Part shown: positions 40,557 through 49,919 of the stretch, in pieces
Layout of the letters: every line of letters starts with the position of its first letter
Numbering within the stretch: the stretch's first letter is position 1
Assembly: GCA_040901985.1 (NCBI GenBank)
Contig: JBBDYC010000009.1
Coordinates: 248,644 to 312,643, forward strand
Reading direction: 5' to 3'
Origin: Gemmatimonadaceae bacterium
Lineage (GTDB): Bacteria > Gemmatimonadota > Gemmatimonadetes > Gemmatimonadales > Gemmatimonadaceae
Length of the DNA: 64,000 nt
Translations under genes and position numbers: made by a program
The notes under the pieces: model-generated
Told to the model about the DNA's origin: nothing
The model's database searches: none
Seen by the model: the letters and a program-made list of their open reading frames with translations, nothing else

Positions 40557-43500
40557 CTGAACACGAGACCAAGGTTGCCGCCAAAGCGCGAGTGGCGGAT
40601 CTGGTACGCGCCTTCAAGTTGAATGAGGCGGACTACAATCGCCCCCATTACAACGAAACGCAAGCACGTACCGATTTCATAACGCCTCTTCTCGAAGCGT
40701 TCGGGTGGGATGTCCACAATTCGATCGGCTCTTCACTAGCATTGCGGGAAGTCATCGAAGAATCCACAGTCGAGGTGGGCGAGGAGCGCCTGTCCAAACG
40801 ACCGGACTATGAGCTACGTCTCGCCCGACAACGCAAGCTCTTTGTGGAAGCGAAGAAGCCGAGCGTGCGCATTGACCGGGACCTCGCACCCGCGTTTCAG
40901 GTGCGCCGATATGGATACTCAGCCAGCCTGCCAATCTCTGTTGTCACCAACTTTCGTCAGCTCGCGATCTATGATTGTCGAGTCGTGCCAGCTGACACGG
41001 ACTTGCCGCATGTAGCCCGGCTGATGCTCGTCGAGTGTGACGCATTCGAAACGCGCTTCGACGACCTGTGGCCGTTGCTTGCGCGTGACTCAGTCTACTC
41101 CGGCGCGTTTGATGCGCATTTTGACATTGGAGCAACACGACAAGGCGCCGATCAATTCGACGACCTCTTCCTTTCTCAAGTGCGCGAGTGGCGCGAACGC
41201 CTGGCGATCGATATCCACGCCAACACTCCTGGCTTGTCAGCCGAAGAGTTGACCTACACAGTTCAACTATTTCTGTCCCGTATAGTCTTTCTCCGCATCT
41301 GCGAAGACCGCGAAATAGAAAAATACGAAACGCTGAAGAACCTCGATGAAGCGAGCACGTTCGCCTCACTCGTGGCAGTTTTGCGCCGCGCCGACGAGTT
41401 CTACAATTCCGGACTGTTCCGCTTGCTTGACGACGAGCGCCTGGGCATTCGCATAAGCGATGGAGTACTACACAGCTTGATAAGCGAATTGTATTATCCA
41501 TACAGCCCGTTCAATTTCGCTGTTGTCGAAACGAAGGTCTTGGGGGAAATCTACGAGCAGCTTCTTGGCGAGATAATCGTTGTCGCAGGCGCCAACGTTG
41601 AAATCGTCAATACACCCGAGGTGCGTGCCAGCGGCGGCGTTGTACCAACGCCGGCTTTCATTGCCGATGCGATTGTTGCTCGAACCATTGGGCCACAAAT
41701 AAAGGCGCGAAGCCCCGACGAGCTCACAGACTTCACTGTTGCAGATATCTGCTGCGGCTCCGGAACATTTCTACTCTCTGCCTTTGAGTTGCTGCTTGAC
41801 CATTACCTGAGCTGGTACACCAAGCACGACCGCCCCTCTCATGCTGGACACAGAATTTATGAAGTCGCTGGAGGCCAATGGCGCCTGACCTTCGAGGAGA
41901 AGCGCCGCATTCTTCTCTCACATTTGCGCGGTGTCGACATTGATGCGAACGCCGTCGAGGTGACGCAGCTCAGCCTTCTGCTGAAGCTCATTGAAGACGA
42001 GAGCGCTGATGCCCTCAAGGATTTCGTTGTGCGTCAGCGCGTTGCTGCGCTTCCGTCTCTTGATGCTGTGGTCCGCTGTGGCAACAGCCTCGTGAGTGAG
42101 GTGGAGTGGCAACGGGTGTCCGGCCCGATACCCACATCGATGCGCGCGAGGCTGAATCCATTTCAATGGCAAGCCGAGTTCCCGGCCGAGTTCGCGCGGG
42201 GAGGATTTGACGCCATCGTTGGCAATCCACCGTACGTTCGCATCCAGAACTTGGTGGCGTACGCACCGGAAGAGGTGAGCTACTACGGCAGCCCCGCGTC
42301 TCCCTATACCACCGCGCAACAGGACAATTTTGACAAGTACGCATTGGTCGTCGAACGAGCCTTGACCCTTGTGCAGCAACACGGACGAGTCGGTGTCATC
42401 GTGCCACATAAGTTCATGAGCACCCAGGCGGGCCGAACTATGCGCCGACTCGTGACAACCGATCATGCGTTAGAGGAGATAGTTCACTTTGGTGTGAAAC
42501 AGGTCTTCGGCAAACACACGTCTACCTACTCGTGCATTTTGATTTTGGATCGAAGCGGGGCTGATTCGGTGAGACTTGAAATGACCGGCGCATTGGAATC
42601 ATGGCGCTACGGTCACCAAGGAACTCTCACTACGATTCCAGCCGCCGACCTTGGCGAGGAGACGTGGCAGTTCGCCGCCGACGACGTGAGGGCACTTTTT
42701 GCCCGCGTTCGCGCCGCGTGCCCGCTCACTCTTTCTGCGGTCGCCGAAATTCTTGTTGGCCTCCAGACCAGCGCCGACAAAGTCTTCATCGTGCATTCTG
42801 AGTTCGAGGGCGCTGACACGGTGACGTGCCGCTGGAACGGCCGCGAGTGGCCTATCGAACGTGGCATCCTTCGCCCAGTTCTACACGACGCGCAACTCAG
42901 TCCGTACGGTCGAGTAACCGCAAATGCTTGGTTGATTTTCCCTTACGACTTCACGCTCACTTCGACGGGGAGCAAGCGGGCAAGTCTCATACAGCCGGAT
43001 GAACTGTCGACCCGCTATCCGCTCGCGTTGGCATACCTGAACGCGCGCCGAAGTGAGCTCGAGGGGAGAAATATTGTCGGTGGATCTGCGATTGAGCGGC
43101 AGTGGTACCAGTACGGTCGATCGCAGAGCTTGACGAAGTTTGACTCCCCCAAAATCGTCCTTCCGGCGCTTTCGGTGGAACCGCGATACGCATACGATGA
43201 CGCGAACGTGATGATCACCGGAGGCGGCAACGGCCCGTACTACATGGTCCGCGCTCGCGCGGGCGTTGACATATCGAACCATTACTTGCTCGCGCTCCTC
43301 AATCATCCGATGAGCGAGGCCCTTGTACGGACAAACACGAGCACGTTCCGAGGCGGGTACTATTCGCACGGCAAACAGTTCATCGAGAACCTGCCGATTC
43401 CGGTGCCCGATGACGCTAGTCGCAATGCGATCGAACAGCTCACCAGCACCCTCATTCACGTTCTCGATGAACACGCTGCGGCACGGACCCCTCACGAACG

Positions 43501-43621
43501 GACCATCAAGGAACGTGAAATCATGGCGTTGAAGATCGAGATTGAGGAACGCGTGAGTTCGGCATTTGCCTTGACCCCGGCCGATCTGGCGACTGTCCTG
43601 TCAGTGTCTCCACCTGCTTGA
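40553..43621 (+). CDS. Type IIG (Eco57I-like) restriction-modification enzyme
   Basis: RPDY...VEAK nuclease, DICCGSG, GNPPY, C-terminal TRD; ATGA-coupled to the MTase. Confidence 0.92.
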   Translation: MTEHETKVAAKARVADLVRAFKLNEADYNRPHYNETQARTDFITPLLEAFGWDVHNSIGSSLALREVIEESTVEVGEERLSKRPDYELRLARQRKLFVEAKKPSVRIDRDLAPAFQVRRYGYSASLPISVVTNFRQLAIYDCRVVPADTDLPHVARLMLVECDAFETRFDDLWPLLARDSVYSGAFDAHFDIGATRQGADQFDDLFLSQVREWRERLAIDIHANTPGLSAEELTYTVQLFLSRIVFLRICEDREIEKYETLKNLDEASTFASLVAVLRRADEFYNSGLFRLLDDERLGIRISDGVLHSLISELYYPYSPFNFAVVETKVLGEIYEQLLGEIIVVAGANVEIVNTPEVRASGGVVPTPAFIADAIVARTIGPQIKARSPDELTDFTVADICCGSGTFLLSAFELLLDHYLSWYTKHDRPSHAGHRIYEVAGGQWRLTFEEKRRILLSHLRGVDIDANAVEVTQLSLLLKLIEDESADALKDFVVRQRVAALPSLDAVVRCGNSLVSEVEWQRVSGPIPTSMRARLNPFQWQAEFPAEFARGGFDAIVGNPPYVRIQNLVAYAPEEVSYYGSPASPYTTAQQDNFDKYALVVERALTLVQQHGRVGVIVPHKFMSTQAGRTMRRLVTTDHALEEIVHFGVKQVFGKHTSTYSCILILDRSGADSVRLEMTGALESWRYGHQGTLTTIPAADLGEETWQFAADDVRALFARVRAACPLTLSAVAEILVGLQTSADKVFIVHSEFEGADTVTCRWNGREWPIERGILRPVLHDAQLSPYGRVTANAWLIFPYDFTLTSTGSKRASLIQPDELSTRYPLALAYLNARRSELEGRNIVGGSAIERQWYQYGRSQSLTKFDSPKIVLPALSVEPRYAYDDANVMITGGGNGPYYMVRARAGVDISNHYLLALLNHPMSEALVRTNTSTFRGGYYSHGKQFIENLPIPVPDDASRNAIEQLTSTLIHVLDEHAAARTPHERTIKEREIMALKIEIEERVSSAFALTPADLATVLSVSPPA

Positions 43622-43740
43622 TAGCGGCTTTCCTCGTACTTCCGCACGGAACGCAGGAACATCCCACTACTCAGTAGCGCGTGCTCATTCACATGGGCTG
43701 CGGCGCCTGAGGACATCGACGCTCGCGCAATGCGCGAGAC

Positions 43741-44952
43741 TTAGTGTCCATCGTCCGGCACGATCCGGATCCTGATGGTTACTGGGATGTGATCGCTAAA
43801 ACGACGTCGGAATATGTTGAAGTCCGATGGCAGCAGATCTACACGCACTCTCGCGAATGGCTCCCCCAGCTTCGAGACGAGTCCACCGGCACCCCCGGAG
43901 GCCATCATGTAATCGATCTGACTCTTCGGGGCGAGCGGGATGCCAGCAAGGCGAGTGCCGGGATAGTCGTCGCCATCGGATGGCGAGAGTGTTCTGAAAC
44001 GAAGCCGATCTGGCGACAAGCTGTCCCAGAACATCTCTAGGTGGTTGTCATACCGACTCGCATTGAAATCTCCTGCGATAAGCACATCCCGCTCCCGCGG
44101 ATCGAGGACTCCGTTGGCACTCATCGCATCGAGTTCCCGCGAGAGGACGGTCATCGCCGCGTCATGATTCTCGTTCAATTGCTGGCCCGAGGCGAGGTGC
44201 ACGGCAACCACGAGCAAGTCGTTCATTCGCGCGCCAGACGCCCCAATGAACTGAAACGCGCAAACTAGGGGTCGGCGATCGAAGGTGTTCTTGTTCTGCA
44301 CTTGCATCGCCGGCACTTGCATCTCGACACACTTCTCACGACGCGCCGCGCTGCTGTCAAAGAGTACAGCCAAGCGCTGCTGGCCCCCGCTCGGGGCGAG
44401 GTAGTAGCCCCACGAGCCCCCAAGATGTGTCAGCAAACGATCGAGCTCCTCGGACCGAGTGCTGGTTGCTCCGTTGATCTCGCTAAGGATCAGTACTTTG
44501 GCATCGAGCTGGTCGCGAATCATGACGGCCAGCGCCTGATAGTCGCCAGGCTCGCGCGGGCCGTACTTCGGGCCACCCCTCGTCGACTCGGGGAACCCTC
44601 TCTGCCTGTTGTCGTGGAGCCACTCGAGGTTCCACGTCCCTATCACATAGGTAGGTAGCTCGCCGGTAGCTTCCGGCTCATCGTCCTCATTCAGTACAGT
44701 GAGATAGGTTTGCGTAACCCAGCCACGAAGATTGTTGGCCTCGACTTGTCGCCACTGGGTTCGTGCGTCGATGGAGATCACGACGGCGACAGTTCCATTG
44801 GCCCACCGCACGTACGCCGGGTTGCCCGCCTCCGGATGCACGGGGATGCCAGCTGAGTTCGCTCCGGACATCAGAACTCGTTCACCGAGCTCTTGTGCCG
44901 ATAGGTCTGCCGCCCCGAGCAGGAGTACGACCACAGCGACGCGTAAGCGCAT
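43741..44952 (-). CDS. Secreted endonuclease/exonuclease/phosphatase (EEP) with SH3-like N-domain
   Basis: Signal peptide; TWNLE, SE, VHL, AGDFN, IDY, FSDHIPV; GAGG RBS. Confidence 0.85.
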   Translation of the reverse strand: MRLRVAVVVLLLGAADLSAQELGERVLMSGANSAGIPVHPEAGNPAYVRWANGTVAVVISIDARTQWRQVEANNLRGWVTQTYLTVLNEDDEPEATGELPTYVIGTWNLEWLHDNRQRGFPESTRGGPKYGPREPGDYQALAVMIRDQLDAKVLILSEINGATSTRSEELDRLLTHLGGSWGYYLAPSGGQQRLAVLFDSSAARREKCVEMQVPAMQVQNKNTFDRRPLVCAFQFIGASGARMNDLLVVAVHLASGQQLNENHDAAMTVLSRELDAMSANGVLDPRERDVLIAGDFNASRYDNHLEMFWDSLSPDRLRFRTLSPSDGDDYPGTRLAGIPLAPKSQIDYMMASGGAGGLVSKLGEPFARVRVDLLPSDFNIFRRRFSDHIPVTIRIRIVPDDGH

Positions 44953-45328
44953 ACTCACCTCGTTGAGGAAGTGCCCCGCAGCATTCCAGGGACAACCAAC
45001 CAGCACCCACTTCGGCTCGTCGTTGGTCGCCACTTCCGAGAATCTGATCCGGGATTGTCGCGGCGCTGGCAGATGCGAACGCGTGCGAATGTGTGGCGCT
45101 CCCCGGCTACCACGCAAGTCCTGAGCTAGGTCAGGAATCGATCGGCAACCCGAAGCGGGTTCGAGGGCCCGAGCTGGCGCGTGCACAGTCCGGGCACAAG
45201 CGCAACAAGGAGCCGAGACGCGCGCTCGACCGCGAGCGGTCGCCAAAATCTAGACCGCACAGCTCCCGGCGATTGCAAAGCTGGCTGATTCGCTACCGGT
45301 CTGATTGCCCGCGGTTAGAACGTTGCAC

Positions 45329-45357
45329 TTGCGCTGTTCGCTGCGTCAGCTTACATT
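45329..45357 (+). promoter_or_regulatory. Putative leaderless promoter of the HTH gene
   Basis: TTGCGC-17nt-TACATT, 6 nt before the GTG at 45364. Confidence 0.5.
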
Positions 45358-45363
45358 GCGTTC

Positions 45364-45741
45364 GTGACTAAAGAAACGCTGGGACAAGCAATCCGTCGCC
45401 TGCGGCTGCAGGCGGGGTCAGGACTCCGGGCCTTCGCGAACAAAATCGAGGTCTCTGCCGCGTACCTCTCCGACGTCGAGCACGATCGGCGTGTTCCGAC
45501 GACAGAGACTCTTCAGGCGATCGTCGGGGAGCTCGTCAAGGACGTACCTGTGACGTACGAAGAGTTGAGAGATCTTAGCACTCGCCTGGAGACAGATCTG
45601 CAGCGGATGGTGCAGCAACATCCAGAGGTCGGACAGCTATTGCGCGAAGTGAAGCAAACGGGCCGCCCAGCGCGGGACGTCATTCGGGAGCTGCAGGAAC
45701 ACTTGAGAGACCTTCGGACCGAGACGGAAGATAAATCATGA
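45364..45741 (+). CDS. XRE-family HTH regulator
   Basis: LGQAIRRLR...LRAFA..IEVSAAYLSDVEH. Confidence 0.9.
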   Translation: MTKETLGQAIRRLRLQAGSGLRAFANKIEVSAAYLSDVEHDRRVPTTETLQAIVGELVKDVPVTYEELRDLSTRLETDLQRMVQQHPEVGQLLREVKQTGRPARDVIRELQEHLRDLRTETEDKS

Positions 45742-46463
45742 GATCATGGAAAGACTCGCGCAGTCCGTGGGGAGTTCAGCTTCGCTTCGATGATCGCGAG
45801 TTCGAAGCGATGATGGACGAGATGCGCCATCGAACGGGCAGCGACGGGTTCACGCCGGGTCAGGGCGTGAACGTCGAGCTAGTCATGCTAAAGGCCATCG
45901 GCGTCGAAGCCGACTACGTAGAACTCCCGACTGGCACCCTTGGTCGTAGTCTCTTCGACGCGGACGGTGGCGTTCGCATTGAAGTGTCGAGGGTGATTTC
46001 CGATGAGGCTGAGAAGAGCGCTATCGCTCGACGCCGACTCAGGACGACGTTGGCTCACGAATGCGGCCACGTGGCCTGCCATCGGTCACTGTTCATTCGC
46101 GACACAGAGTCGCTTTCTCTCTTCGCGGAGTCGCCTGCCACCACGATGACGGATCGTCGAATCCTGTGTCGGTCCGAAGGAATCGGCAGCACGTATCGCG
46201 GCGAATGGTGGGAGTTCCAAGCCAACCGTTGCATGGCCGCGCTTCTCCTCCCTCGTCAAATGGTCGGCACTTCGGTGAGAAAGTTGTTGGCTGGTGGAGG
46301 GTTTTCCACTGCGATCGAGTGTCTGGAGCGTGGCGAAGGTGAGCGGCTCATCGGCGACCTGTCTTGCGAGTACGATGTCAGTCAGACAGCAACTCTCTAT
46401 CGCCTACAGGGTCTCGGTTTCATTCCCAGTGCTTCTCAGTTCCAGATTCAGTTGATCGATTGA
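45738..46463 (+). CDS. ImmA/IrrE-family metallopeptidase
   Basis: RTTLAHECGH, WEFQAN..MAALLLP, YDVS..A..YRL; ATGA overlap with the HTH gene. Confidence 0.9.
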   Translation: MRSWKDSRSPWGVQLRFDDREFEAMMDEMRHRTGSDGFTPGQGVNVELVMLKAIGVEADYVELPTGTLGRSLFDADGGVRIEVSRVISDEAEKSAIARRRLRTTLAHECGHVACHRSLFIRDTESLSLFAESPATTMTDRRILCRSEGIGSTYRGEWWEFQANRCMAALLLPRQMVGTSVRKLLAGGGFSTAIECLERGEGERLIGDLSCEYDVSQTATLYRLQGLGFIPSASQFQIQLID

Positions 46464-46542
46464 ACTTCCTCGAGGGACGGTCTCATTTTTTTGCCCGTGG
46501 TGTTCGCACCGTCCGCTGACACCGCGAACTGGAGATTCTATC

Positions 46543-46761
46543 ATGGCTAGACGGTACACCGGCAACATGAATGGCGAGCGCTTCCTCGCCAACACCAGCC
46601 GTTCGAAGCTCGAGGTCCACGACCTCGACAACGAGAAGTCGAAGTGTCAGATCGACGAGATCATTCGCGCGGGGCACGACAAGCCGTACAACTCACTCGC
46701 ATCGGCGCAGGCAGATGGCTACGACAACTGCGCACACTGCATCGGCGGATCCAAGCGCTAA
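46543..46761 (+). CDS. Small putative Zn-binding protein
   Basis: GGAG RBS; EVHDL...CQ...GYDNCAHC. Confidence 0.7.
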   Translation: MARRYTGNMNGERFLANTSRSKLEVHDLDNEKSKCQIDEIIRAGHDKPYNSLASAQADGYDNCAHCIGGSKR

Positions 46762-46834
46762 GACGCCGACTCACCTCTCACCGAGCTTCGGGTGGTTTCG
46801 CATCGGCCACCCGGAGCTGCACCGAGTACCCGAA

Positions 46835-47275
46835 ATGACGTCACGCCAGCGCTATTCCGAAGACGATTTGAACGACATCTACAACCGCACCAGCGGGAAG
46901 TGCCACATCTGCCACAAGCGGCTCGCCTTCAAAAACTATGGTGCGCTAAAGGCGCGAGGCGCTTGGGAGGTTGAACACTCGCGTCCGCTGGCGCTCGGTG
47001 GTACGAATCACGGCAACAACCTGCGGCCAGTATGCCTCCCCTGCAATCGATCGAAGGAGACGAAGGGCACACGTACAGCCAGAGGGTGGAACGGGCGCAC
47101 CCGCGCCCCCCTTTCTGTGTCCAAGCGGCGCGCTACTAAGCAGGAAAGAGCGCTCGTCGGTGGCCTCGTGTTCGGGACTCTCGGCGCGCTGGTGGCCGGG
47201 CCGTTAGGGGCCATTGCTGGCGGGGTGCTCGGCGTCGGCCTCGGGCACGCTGAGGATCCCGATCAGCCGCATTGA
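46835..47275 (+). CDS. HNH endonuclease with C-terminal glycine-zipper membrane segment
   Basis: CHIC, WEVEH..P..GG.N..NL..VC..CNRSK; GGLVFG...GAIAGGVLG. Confidence 0.85.
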   Translation: MTSRQRYSEDDLNDIYNRTSGKCHICHKRLAFKNYGALKARGAWEVEHSRPLALGGTNHGNNLRPVCLPCNRSKETKGTRTARGWNGRTRAPLSVSKRRATKQERALVGGLVFGTLGALVAGPLGAIAGGVLGVGLGHAEDPDQPH

Positions 47276-47331
47276 AGTATGCGAAAGGTCGTTCGTACAG
47301 TCCCAACATTCCATCTTAAAACGAGGTTCGC

Positions 47332-47571
47332 ATGTCCAGGCAAACGAGTAAACCTGTAGCTTCCAACGCGGCTCGCGTGCTCGCAGATCCGACTTCGAGC
47401 GCGGCCCAACGCTCCGCAGCGGCGAGCGCGCTCACCCAGCATCGATCATTCGTCGAGGAAACGAGCGCTCGCGCGGCATCGATTGCATCGCGCGTGATGC
47501 GTGATCCTCGGGCGACAACCGAGCAACGTTCGGCGGCTGCGAGCACACTCTCGCAACGCTCGAAGCGCTAA
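47332..47571 (+). CDS. Basic microprotein with two ~33-aa repeats
   Basis: GAGG RBS; TS...AS.A.RV..DP.....QRSAAAS.L.Q twice. Confidence 0.75.
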   Translation: MSRQTSKPVASNAARVLADPTSSAAQRSAAASALTQHRSFVEETSARAASIASRVMRDPRATTEQRSAAASTLSQRSKR

Positions 47572-47714
47572 GACCGCATATCCCCACTTCGCGCACCCAA
47601 CAGTCGACCACTGCACGGCGCGCAACTTCCACCCTCGCGACCAAAGCACTGACCACCGGTACGATCCATAGCGGAGTCGAGACGGTCTAGCCGTCGTCGA
47701 TCAGTTCCTTCCCC

Positions 47715-47762
47715 GGCGCCGTACCTGAGCCCCCAATGGCTCAGGTACGGCGCCTCCTTTTT
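47715..47762 (+). terminator. Intrinsic terminator
   Basis: GGCGCCGTACCTGAGCC-loop-GGCTCAGGTACGGCGCC followed by a T tract. Confidence 0.8.
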
Positions 47763-47782
47763 CCGCCTTGGACGTGAGGTGC

Positions 47783-48661
47783 ATGATGAACAAGAACACG
47801 TGTACGCGTTGGTCGTCTGCCAGTAGTAGCTCCGGCGAGGTTCTGGCCCTCACCAGCACCACCACGCTTCAGATGCTCTCTCTGGCACTGCGAGAGGTTG
47901 CGCGGCTCCGCCACGCGCCCTCAGTCCATGCCGCCCTTTCCTCTGTGCGCGAGGGCTCGCCGCAAGCCATCCTGATCGAGTATGACGCAGTCGCGCCGGG
48001 GTCGTCAGAAGTGGTAGGCCAACTTGCCGACAGGTCGACCGGACCCGTGGTCGCCCTGTACTCGGGATGGACCCCCGAGATCGCCGGTCTCCTTCTGAAG
48101 TACGGTAGATACGGCGTTCAAGAGGTTGTAGACGTCTCCACGAAGGACGGTCTATGTCAACTCCGGGAGATCCTCACTCGATTGAGCGTGAGCATCGGGA
48201 CTCGGGTGGCGGGCGTTTTCGAGCGGGATCTTCAAGAGGTCTCCGCTGAGATGCGGTTCTTCCTGACTACCGTCCTCCGCGCGGCTCCGCAGGTCACAAC
48301 AGCTAGGTGTCTGTCCAGAGAACTCGGCGTGAACGCAAGTACCCTGGTCTCTCGCTTCTATCGGGCACGCCTGCCCTCACCCAAGATGTACCTCGCGCTA
48401 ACGAGGCTGCTCTACGCCTCAGTCCTTCTCGAGGACAGGCGTCGCTCAATCGCACAGGTGGCGAATCAGCTGCGATACTCCTCACCACAATCGTTCGGGC
48501 GTCACATCCGAGGGCTCACTGGCCTGACAGCCGGCGCATTTCGTGAGCGTAGTTACGAATCGATCACCGCGCACGTAGTACACCAGATCATCGGCAAGCA
48601 CCGCGATACGGTGCAGGTCTTCCGTCCATTCACGATGAGGTTCGAAGCTCCGCCCGACTAG
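47783..48661 (+). CDS. AraC-family transcriptional regulator
   Basis: C-terminal double HTH: SIAQVANQLRYSSPQSFGRH...TG.T...FR. Confidence 0.85.
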   Translation: MMNKNTCTRWSSASSSSGEVLALTSTTTLQMLSLALREVARLRHAPSVHAALSSVREGSPQAILIEYDAVAPGSSEVVGQLADRSTGPVVALYSGWTPEIAGLLLKYGRYGVQEVVDVSTKDGLCQLREILTRLSVSIGTRVAGVFERDLQEVSAEMRFFLTTVLRAAPQVTTARCLSRELGVNASTLVSRFYRARLPSPKMYLALTRLLYASVLLEDRRRSIAQVANQLRYSSPQSFGRHIRGLTGLTAGAFRERSYESITAHVVHQIIGKHRDTVQVFRPFTMRFEAPPD

Positions 48662-48720
48662 ACATGACGTGTGGCAACCCTAAAGACCAGTCGCAATGCG
48701 CCTGGTCTTTTCCTTGCCCG

Positions 48721-49800
48721 CTATGGCGCCACCCTTGTCTTATTCCGTGACGCAAGGTCAATGACAAAATTGAGCGATTCACTCCTTACGTTGGGCGATT
48801 CGCCGGTATCCTTGAACTCGTGGTCGGGCCAAATCGGACTGATGTCTTGGATGATACGCGTCTTGGCGATTGCTCGGCCGAAGTCGTCCTGCCGGCGTTG
48901 CGCCGCTCGGCCAAAGAAATACGCTACCCCACCCGCTACAAGGTCAGCCACCTGCAACTGCGGAACTGCGTGAGACGCGGCAAAGTTGATTCCTGTCGCT
49001 CGAATCGGGAATGCGCTCTCCAACTGACCCAGCTTGAACGACCGCACGCTCGTGTCAGTCGCCATCAGCCGCTCTAAGCGCTCTTGGTCACGAGCAATAG
49101 GCTTTGATTCATCATGCACTATCTCAAAGTCCGCCTTGAGAAGTGCCGTCCATTGCGCAGCCAAGTCCACGAATGTTGGAATGGCTGGATCAATAGCAGT
49201 CAGGTCATCCACCTGGATTGCCTCAGCTGCAATTTCCTCGGTAGCAGCCAGCATGCTCAACTCCGCATCGAACGGAGGGTGGGTGTTCTTCCTCCTCAGA
49301 ATCTTAAGTTGATCGTAGAAAGCCTTGATGGTCTCGGGGTTAGGTTCACGCACCCACCTCACGAAGCGCTTCTGCAATTCCGCATAGCGCTCAACCCCAC
49401 AGAATGGACCCGTCGTGGCGTGAACGAGGTTGGCGAGTCCGAGGTTTTGTCCGCTTCTATATAGGTCGTATCCGAGTTGATGGCACAGTGGCTCAATGAG
49501 GAGGTCGACGATTTTTGTGGTAACAAGAAATGACTTGTGAATCAGGGCGACCTTGACGTGCTCTCGGTTCCAAATCTCGTGGTCAAATAGGCGTAGAAGC
49601 GCGCGCTTCCCCTCTTTTGAGTTCTTGAGCGCGGAGAACTTCGCTTCTACCGAACTTGCCCCGAGAAGAGTCGTCAGCATATCCATCGCGACATCTCTTT
49701 CGAGTCGTACGGAAGCGAGCGTAAACACTGGCTGGCTTGGATCCAGCAGATTCTGTCCCGTATTTCCGGATTCGTCGAACGCGACGAGCGTTGGGTGCAT
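48721..49800 (-). CDS. DUF3800 domain protein
   Basis: AFDESGNTG, VHDE, S...PQLQVADLVAG. Confidence 0.85.
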   Translation of the reverse strand: MHPTLVAFDESGNTGQNLLDPSQPVFTLASVRLERDVAMDMLTTLLGASSVEAKFSALKNSKEGKRALLRLFDHEIWNREHVKVALIHKSFLVTTKIVDLLIEPLCHQLGYDLYRSGQNLGLANLVHATTGPFCGVERYAELQKRFVRWVREPNPETIKAFYDQLKILRRKNTHPPFDAELSMLAATEEIAAEAIQVDDLTAIDPAIPTFVDLAAQWTALLKADFEIVHDESKPIARDQERLERLMATDTSVRSFKLGQLESAFPIRATGINFAASHAVPQLQVADLVAGGVAYFFGRAAQRRQDDFGRAIAKTRIIQDISPIWPDHEFKDTGESPNVRSESLNFVIDLASRNKTRVAP

Positions 49801-49919
49801 ATCGAAGAGTACCCACAGGCCAGCGATTCGTCGACGCCTGGGGCAGAAGCGAAGGTGCGCGCGCCCGCAGCCGGCGCAACTGACGCCCTCTCCACTACCG
49901 TGCCCCGCACGAACAGAAT

